From: a bacterium
Lineage (GTDB): Bacteria > Hinthialibacterota > Hinthialibacteria > Hinthialibacterales > Hinthialibacteraceae
Length of the DNA: 64,000 nt
NCBI GenBank assembly: GCA_963662285.2
Contig: CAXXMV010000006.1
Coordinates: forward strand, 1,472,001 to 1,536,000
Reading direction: 5' to 3'
The first letter of the stretch is position 1. Every line of letters begins with the position of its first letter. A program made the translations under genes and the position numbers. Below, piece by piece: positions 57,724 through 64,000 of the stretch. The notes below the pieces were generated by a model. The model did no database searches, was not told where the DNA came from, and worked only from the letters and a program-made list of their open reading frames with translations.

Positions 57724-59364
57724 ATGATAAACCGAATGTTTTCAGCATGTTTTCTTATGTTATCGCTGCTCGTTTGTGGATTCACTTCAGTGGCAATGGC
57801 GGAAAGCGTTCAACGGTGGGGACGATTCGAAAACTCATTTATAAGTACTATAGAATACCAAAATCCTGTCCAGCAAGTGAAATTGAAGGTTGAATTCACT
57901 TCACCTGACGAAAAAAAACGTACTATTCTTGGATTCTGGGATGGCGCAAAACAGTGGCGCGTCAGGTTCTCCCCTGATCAGATTGGTTCTTGGACTTATA
58001 AAACTTCCTGCTCCGATGAGCAAAACAGTGGCTTAAATAATCAAACCGGCAAGTTTGAATGCATAGCATATAAAGGCAATCTCGAGTTATTTAAGCATGG
58101 CGAACTCAGGATATCTGATAACCATAGATACATAGTTCATAACGATGGCGCTCCATTCTTCTGGTTAGCCGATACGGTCTGGTGCGGTCCGGCGCTGTCG
58201 GATTTCGATGATTGGCAGGTATTCTGCCAGGACCGGGTTGATAAAGAATTCACCGCCATTCAATTCGTCATGACTCAATGGCGCATGACCAAAACTGACG
58301 CCGATGGCAATCCTACATATACTGGAAAAGAAAAGATCGCTTTGAATATGAATTATTTCCAGCGTTTGGATAAATACGTAGATCAAATTAACCATGCCGG
58401 TCTGGTGGCGGTTCCCGTCCTGCTTTGGGCTATTAATGGAGAAGAGAATCCCGGTTGGTCATTGCCTGAAGATCAGAAGATTATACTGGCTCAGTACATG
58501 ATCGCCCGCTATGGCGCTCATCAGGTTATCTGGTTCCTGGGCGGCGACGGTAATTACAGCGGATCAAGAGCAGATAGTTGGAAACGCGTCGGCAGAGCAG
58601 TATTCAATAAAGATCAACATCGTCTGGCGACCATGCACGTCGGTGGAACTATGTGGGCTGAGAAAGAATTTAGCGGTGAACCATGGTTCAGTTTTCTGGG
58701 CTACCAAAGCGGTCATGGCGATAGTCAAAAAACATTTGCTTGGTTGAACCAGGGACCGCCCAGTACTGAGTGGAATAACCAACCAACTTTGCCATTTATT
58801 AATACCGAACCGAATTATGAAGCTCATAATGGATACTCGTCCAAGAAAGTGCATAATGATCATGCCGTTCGCCGGGCAGCTTATTGGAGTCTTCTGGTTT
58901 CGCCTCCCGCCGGGGTAACCTATGGCGGTCAGGGCATCTGGGGATGGCATACAAAAGTACAAGCGCCCGCCGACCATATAAGCACCGGTTTGGGATCGCC
59001 CTGGAATATCGCCAAAGACCTGCCCGGCGCCTTCAGCATGAAATATCTGCATCAATTTTTCAAATCAATCGATTGGTGGACATTGCTGCCTGCTCCAGAG
59101 ATGGTTTTGAATCAACCAGGAAAAGAAGATCCGTCAAAATTCATCGCCGCCGCGAAATCTAAGGACGGCGCCTTAGCAGTGATATATCTTCCTGAAGGTG
59201 GAGAAGTCAAACTGGATACAGCATCATTAAAAAAGGACGCCGTGGCGCGTTGGTATCATCCACGTACAGGCGGTTGGCTTAATGCAGATATGATTCTACA
59301 GACTCCTCAGGTTTTCAAGACGTCTGATCGCAACGACTGGGTTCTTCTGATTGAAGCGAAATAA
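57724..59364 (+). CDS. DUF5060-DUF4038 (apiosidase-like) secreted protein
   Basis: GFWDG...WRVRFSP...G.W.Y, DG.PFFWLADT.W, QSGH, EPNYE, G.TYG..GIW, W..PRTG, DWVLLI. Confidence 0.82.
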   Translation: MINRMFSACFLMLSLLVCGFTSVAMAESVQRWGRFENSFISTIEYQNPVQQVKLKVEFTSPDEKKRTILGFWDGAKQWRVRFSPDQIGSWTYKTSCSDEQNSGLNNQTGKFECIAYKGNLELFKHGELRISDNHRYIVHNDGAPFFWLADTVWCGPALSDFDDWQVFCQDRVDKEFTAIQFVMTQWRMTKTDADGNPTYTGKEKIALNMNYFQRLDKYVDQINHAGLVAVPVLLWAINGEENPGWSLPEDQKIILAQYMIARYGAHQVIWFLGGDGNYSGSRADSWKRVGRAVFNKDQHRLATMHVGGTMWAEKEFSGEPWFSFLGYQSGHGDSQKTFAWLNQGPPSTEWNNQPTLPFINTEPNYEAHNGYSSKKVHNDHAVRRAAYWSLLVSPPAGVTYGGQGIWGWHTKVQAPADHISTGLGSPWNIAKDLPGAFSMKYLHQFFKSIDWWTLLPAPEMVLNQPGKEDPSKFIAAAKSKDGALAVIYLPEGGEVKLDTASLKKDAVARWYHPRTGGWLNADMILQTPQVFKTSDRNDWVLLIEAK

Positions 59365-59379
59365 TTAAGGTTAAACACA

Positions 59380-60912
59380 ATGTCTCTTATCGGTCTCGAC
59401 ATCGGCGCAACTGGTTGTAAAACAATAGTATTTAGTGAAGAAGGTCATATTCTTGGACAATGCCATAGAGAATACAGTATCCTGCATCCTCAACCCGGTT
59501 GGATTGAACAGGATGCTGAGCGCGTCTGGCAGATGGCCTGGGATTCCCTCGAAGACGCCATCGCCGATGCAGGGCGGGGTGATTCTCCCACGGCAATGGC
59601 AATATCCGTGCAAAGCGGCGCCATTATTCCCATCGATCGCAGTGGTTTCTCCATGCGCTACGCTATTTTGGGTATGGATGCCCGCTCCAGTGCGGAAAAC
59701 CAATGGCTGCAAGAGACATTCGGAGCTGAAGAATTATACAATCTGACCGGGGCGCCATTACACCCTTCAAACATGCTGCCCAAATTACTCTGGCTGCAAC
59801 GCCATGAGCCGGATTTATGGAAACAGGCAGACTACTTTCTATCCTACGAAGATTTCATATTACGCCGTTTCATCGGTAAACCTATGACTGGACATTGCCT
59901 GGCCTCATGCACTCAGATGTATGATTTAGCTAATGGATGCTGGGCTGGAGATATTCTTGATAAATGCAGTATAGATGTAAACCGTCTGGCCGCTCTGGGG
60001 ACTGAATCAGTCGGCGTTCTGGGAACCATGCGCCTGGAATTGGCTATGGAATTAGGCGTCCATCATAATGACATCGCTATCATCAGTGGGGGACGCAATC
60101 ATGCCTGCGCCGCCATAGGCTGCGGCGCCATCAAGACCGGATCAGTAGTAGTCTCCACCGCAATCGATCAGGTAATTGCAACAGCTATAGATTCTCCTGC
60201 GATCAATAAAACTCTGCGCGAGGGCAATATTGAGGTATGCCGTCATGCAGCGCATGGATTATATTTGGCAATGAACCGGAATCCGAACAGTGAGTTACTG
60301 CTGCGTTGGTTCAGGGATTCTTTCTGTGAACCGCAAATCGAGCGGACTAAACAAAGCGGAGGTGATCCCTATGATCTTATACTAGCGGATGCTACAGAAG
60401 GCCCTACCGGATTAATGGTTCTGCCTCATTTCGCTGGAAGTGGAACGCCTCAATTAGACGCAGAATCCAAAGGCGCCATTCTTGGTTTGACCCTGTCTGA
60501 CAACCGATCAACTATCGCCAAAGCAATGCTCGAAGGATTAAGCCACGAACTACGCATCAACCTTGATACGATTCGGGACGGTGGGATTGATATAAGCCAG
60601 TTGAATATTGTAGGCGATAGCGCCAGCAATCCATTATGGCTGCAAATTCAAGCCGACATCTGTCAGATTCCATTGAACGTTGCCCAAACAACAGTAACCT
60701 CATGCCTGGGCGCGGCGCTTCTAGCAGGAACCGCTACGGGAGTATATCCAGACCTTGATTCAGCAATTTCGCAAACCGTAAAAAAACCACAACGCATCGA
60801 GCCGCAACAAGCAAACGCCGCCGCTTATAATAAAGCTCATCAAACCTATAAAAAGATTTACCCCGCCATCAAATCGATAGGACGCGCTTCTACTTGGTCC
60901 CATAATACTTAG
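59380..60912 (+). CDS. FGGY-family carbohydrate kinase homologue with degenerate motifs
   Basis: LGLDIGATGCK, PGWIEQD, KLLWL, LPHFAG..TP, G.I.GLTL, A.LEG, LGAALLAG. Several catalytic motifs are altered. Confidence 0.85.
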   Translation: MSLIGLDIGATGCKTIVFSEEGHILGQCHREYSILHPQPGWIEQDAERVWQMAWDSLEDAIADAGRGDSPTAMAISVQSGAIIPIDRSGFSMRYAILGMDARSSAENQWLQETFGAEELYNLTGAPLHPSNMLPKLLWLQRHEPDLWKQADYFLSYEDFILRRFIGKPMTGHCLASCTQMYDLANGCWAGDILDKCSIDVNRLAALGTESVGVLGTMRLELAMELGVHHNDIAIISGGRNHACAAIGCGAIKTGSVVVSTAIDQVIATAIDSPAINKTLREGNIEVCRHAAHGLYLAMNRNPNSELLLRWFRDSFCEPQIERTKQSGGDPYDLILADATEGPTGLMVLPHFAGSGTPQLDAESKGAILGLTLSDNRSTIAKAMLEGLSHELRINLDTIRDGGIDISQLNIVGDSASNPLWLQIQADICQIPLNVAQTTVTSCLGAALLAGTATGVYPDLDSAISQTVKKPQRIEPQQANAAAYNKAHQTYKKIYPAIKSIGRASTWSHNT

Positions 60913-60921
60913 CTAATCAAA

Positions 60922-62136
60922 TTATTTCTTCGGCGCAGTCCAGGAAAACAGTTTTGCATCAGTGAATGGCAGTTTGTTGAATGAACGGCTGCTCTTCTTA
61001 TTAAAAAATATCTTATCGGCGAAGTCGGCTAAGGCTTGCCAGTCTTCTATCATCTGATCATGGCCGCCTTGGCGGAAGTGGATTCCATTATTGCCGCTGG
61101 CATTGAGAAAGTCGAAAACTGGTTGGGCAGCGAGATAGGTCTGCTGTTCGCCGATAGGATTAGCCCACTTGTCGCCCAGGGCGTCGGTGGTTAAGAGCGC
61201 CCGTGGCGCCACCAGGGCTTTAAGGAAATGTTGGTCGAATGGAAGTCTGGTTTCCTTATCAGCGAAATCCCGCAGACGCTTATGAAACCAATAACTGAAG
61301 CGCTTGGGTTCGGTAATCAGTTTAAGGCTTTCTCCAACTCTAACCCGGTAGCAGCCGCCTCCCCCGCAACCTGAACCATTGGGAACCGTCAACGCGATGC
61401 GTTCATCCAACGCTCCCGCCAGTAAAGCAGCCTTACCGTCACGCGAATGGCCAGTTATGGCGATGCGCTCTTTATCAACGCAATCCAGAGTCATGAAATA
61501 ATCCACCACCCGATGGCATCCCCAGGCCCACGCGGCCAGAGCAGCCCAGTCGTATTCGGGGTAAGCTGATTGCGCAGCGCCGATTACATCGTTTCCCTCA
61601 ACATCTGGATCAACGCTGTCGCGGGCGTACTCGCAGGCGATGTAACCACGGTCGATCAGTTCACAGGCGATGGGAATATCTCGCAGCCCGGTTTCACCCA
61701 AGTGGGGCGTGAACTTGATAATAGCAGGGAAGGGGCCGCCGCTGTTAGGAATCATCATACCGATGTTTATCTTGATTTGACTGTTCGGTCCCAGGGTAAG
61801 CAGGATGCGCTTTTCAGTTGCGGCGCCATTGAATACGCTTTTTGAAGATAGTTCACGGGCGATTATGTTGTCTGGCGCCGGGGGCATGAAACCGTATTGA
61901 TAGTAGAGCATCATCGATTTGATTTCAGCGCGACGCTTAGTCCAATCCGAGATACTGCGAACCATCGTTCCATCATTCATCATAAAAGGATTGGGCAGTT
62001 CTCTAATTACCGGCAGTTGATCCACATCCGGTAACTCAATCGCACTGGGCGTCTGCGCTTGTGAAATAATCGTTAAGCAGCAGAAAAACATGATGACGGC
62101 TAAGCAGTAAATCCACATATCGTTTTTATCTAACAT
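60922..62136 (-). CDS. CE15 glucuronoyl-esterase-like protein, secreted
   Basis: LP.PF...DG..V....W..RR.EI, AWAWG..R..DY, TGHSR.GKAAL..GA.DER, PFDQH.L.AL.APR. Confidence 0.88.
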   Translation of the reverse strand: MLDKNDMWIYCLAVIMFFCCLTIISQAQTPSAIELPDVDQLPVIRELPNPFMMNDGTMVRSISDWTKRRAEIKSMMLYYQYGFMPPAPDNIIARELSSKSVFNGAATEKRILLTLGPNSQIKINIGMMIPNSGGPFPAIIKFTPHLGETGLRDIPIACELIDRGYIACEYARDSVDPDVEGNDVIGAAQSAYPEYDWAALAAWAWGCHRVVDYFMTLDCVDKERIAITGHSRDGKAALLAGALDERIALTVPNGSGCGGGGCYRVRVGESLKLITEPKRFSYWFHKRLRDFADKETRLPFDQHFLKALVAPRALLTTDALGDKWANPIGEQQTYLAAQPVFDFLNASGNNGIHFRQGGHDQMIEDWQALADFADKIFFNKKSSRSFNKLPFTDAKLFSWTAPKK

Positions 62137-62287
62137 TGGCGTCTCTTTTCAGGTTTATTAGCATATTCTAATCCGTTAGTTCTTTCCGGGAAATGAGGAT
62201 TAATTCTGTAATTACCTATCTAAACCTTCCTTTTTTGCAGCCATTCTGAGAAAATTTACACTCAATTTAATATATTTGCCTTAAATA

Positions 62288-63655
62288 ATGCACAGGAGAA
62301 TAGCAATGGATCGTAGAAAATTTTTACAAGCCAGCGCCGCTGGACTCGCAATGTCGTCTTTGAGTAGCCATGCCGCTGATTTCGATAGACAAAAAAAACG
62401 CAAAGTCGCTCTGATTGGCAGTGGATGGTATGGCAAAAGCGCTCTGCTCCGCGCCATCCAGGTGGCGCCAATAGATGTGGTCGCCCTGTGTGACGTCGAT
62501 AGCCAGATGGTGGCTGAAGCCGCTGAACTGGTTGCCACGCGGCAGCAATCCGGCAAGAAGCCCCGCACCTACGGTGATTTCCGCGAAATGCTTAAAAAGG
62601 AAGAACTGGATATCGTCCAGGTTTCAACCCCGGATCATTGGCATGCTCTAGCCGCCATCGCCGCCATGCAATCCGGCGCTGATGTATACGTCGAGAAACC
62701 CGTCAGCGTTGATGTTGTTGAAGGCCAGGCTATGGTGGCCGCCGCCAAGAAATATAAACGGGTAGTGCAGGTCGATACCCAAAGACGCAGCACTCCGCAT
62801 CTGATTGAAGCAAGGGATAACATCATCCGCGAAGGCAAACTGGGCAAGATCGCCTATGCCGAAGTCTGCTGTTATTATCACATGCGTAATCGCAACAAAC
62901 CTCAAGTCATTACGCCGCCTGCAACTTTAGATTACGATTTCTGGGCAGGTCCAGCGCCCAAGATTCCCTTCAATCCCAATATTCATCCGAGAAGCTGGCG
63001 CGCCTATATGGAATATAGTAATGGCATCATGGGCGATATGTGCATCCACATGTATGACATGGTGCGCTGGATGCTCGATTTGGGTTGGCCCAAGCGCATC
63101 AGTTCATCCGGAGGCATCCTGGTCGATAAGGAAAGCGTAGCCACTATCTCCGATACCCAGACCGCCACCTTCGACCATTGGGATAAGGATATAGTATGGA
63201 CCCACCGCACCTGGGGTTCCACGCCGGATAAAGATTACCCTTGGGGCGCCATTATATACGGCGACAAGGGAACCTTGAAATTAAGCGTTCATGGCTACGA
63301 TTTCATCCCTCAAGGCCGGGGCGAAAAAATCCGCAAGGACGTTACCTATGAATTAGAGCAATATCCCGAAGACAAAACCGAAAAAGATCTAGAAAAACAA
63401 TGCGCTCCAGCTCTCCGCGCTCATTGGAAGGATTTCCTTACCGCTGTTGATAACCGGACCAAGCCAGTCGCCACTATCGAAGAAGGCTTTATCTCCAGCG
63501 CCAGCTGCATCATGGCCAATATCGCCATGAAAGTTGGCCGCACCCTGGCCTGGGATCCAATCAAAGGCTGCATCATCGGAGACGATGAAGCCAACAAATT
63601 ACTCCAACGCCCCTACCGCAAACCCTGGGTGCACCCCACACCTGATAACATTTAA
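62288..63655 (+). CDS. Gfo/Idh/MocA-family oxidoreductase, Tat-exported
   Basis: DRRKFL, IGSGWYG, STPDHWH, YVEKP, GDM.IH..D. Confidence 0.92.
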   Translation: MHRRIAMDRRKFLQASAAGLAMSSLSSHAADFDRQKKRKVALIGSGWYGKSALLRAIQVAPIDVVALCDVDSQMVAEAAELVATRQQSGKKPRTYGDFREMLKKEELDIVQVSTPDHWHALAAIAAMQSGADVYVEKPVSVDVVEGQAMVAAAKKYKRVVQVDTQRRSTPHLIEARDNIIREGKLGKIAYAEVCCYYHMRNRNKPQVITPPATLDYDFWAGPAPKIPFNPNIHPRSWRAYMEYSNGIMGDMCIHMYDMVRWMLDLGWPKRISSSGGILVDKESVATISDTQTATFDHWDKDIVWTHRTWGSTPDKDYPWGAIIYGDKGTLKLSVHGYDFIPQGRGEKIRKDVTYELEQYPEDKTEKDLEKQCAPALRAHWKDFLTAVDNRTKPVATIEEGFISSASCIMANIAMKVGRTLAWDPIKGCIIGDDEANKLLQRPYRKPWVHPTPDNI

Positions 63656-63676
63656 GTGATAGTATTCATTGAGACT

Positions 63677-63710
63677 AACGGGCTATGCGAATAATTGCAT
63701 AGCCCGTTTT
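63677..63710 (+). terminator. Intrinsic terminator
   Basis: AACGGGCTATGC-loop-GCATAGCCCGTTTT. Confidence 0.8.
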
Positions 63711-63876
63711 GGTTAATCGTTTTGATATTTCAAACAAGGGCTGCTGCGTCAACCTTGCGGCAGTTAATGTATTTGGTTAATTATATTGTTGATAATTTGT
63801 TATTTTAGGGCTAATATTTTGAGATATCTGATAAGTATTGTTTTGTTGCGTGATAAATGTCAAAGTGAGATATAAC

Positions 63877-64000
63877 ATGAATAGAAACAAACTAATCTTA
63901 TTTATATTGCTGATTATTCCTTTTTCTTTGAATAATTGTATTTTTATGCCGCGGAATAACTTGAAAGTTGATAAGCAGCGTCAAATTGAAGAAGATAGCC
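63877..64000 (+). CDS. N-terminus of a probable exported or lipoprotein ORF, runs off the window
   Basis: MNRNKLILFILLIIPFSLNNCIF..., open to the window end. Confidence 0.5.
   Translation, partial: MNRNKLILFILLIIPFSLNNCIFMPRNNLKVDKQRQIEEDS

Noticed and set aside
1-64000. tRNA, rRNA, riboswitch, prophage or IS genes, and the many short antisense ORFs in the track
   Set aside because: I saw no tRNA arm or rRNA signatures and no transposase, integrase or phage structural motifs by eye. A covariance-model search would be needed to exclude ncRNAs. The short ORFs are shadows of longer, well-supported genes.

Overview
A 64-kb window of ordinary bacterial chromosome with AT-rich intergenic gaps and about 50 genes. 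I saw no rRNA, tRNA, CRISPR array, transposase or integrase. Housekeeping genes include eukaryote-type citrate synthase, hisS, glutamate dehydrogenase and a SirC/CysG-N domain. A DtxR-feoA-feoB iron-uptake operon and a YtrA-ABC operon are present. Many exported glycan- or peptide-processing enzymes occur (DUF1080, GH29, GH28, CE15, DUF4038, M1, M61, Tat Gfo/Idh/MocA), a profile typical of PVC-like or candidate-phylum heterotrophs (inference). The most notable element is a small defence-like locus at about 49.1-52.3 kb. It holds an intact DUF262-HNH (GmrSD-like) protein fused to a C-terminal Schlafen/AlbA_2 domain. The flanks read as a decayed hsdS C-terminus and an 11-codon hsdR N-terminus, so the gene appears to occupy the hsdS-X-hsdR slot that PrrC occupies in EcoprrI, with the type I R-M genes since lost. 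A broken MNT gene bracketed by inverted REP-like hairpins and a hicB-hicA pair follow it. Also visible are at least four REP-like palindrome families, a sigma54 promoter with two phased enhancer-type palindromes upstream of a CotH gene, two DtxR-type boxes, and a YtrA-type operator abutting an apparently leaderless start. All family calls come from reading motifs by eye; no searches were run.
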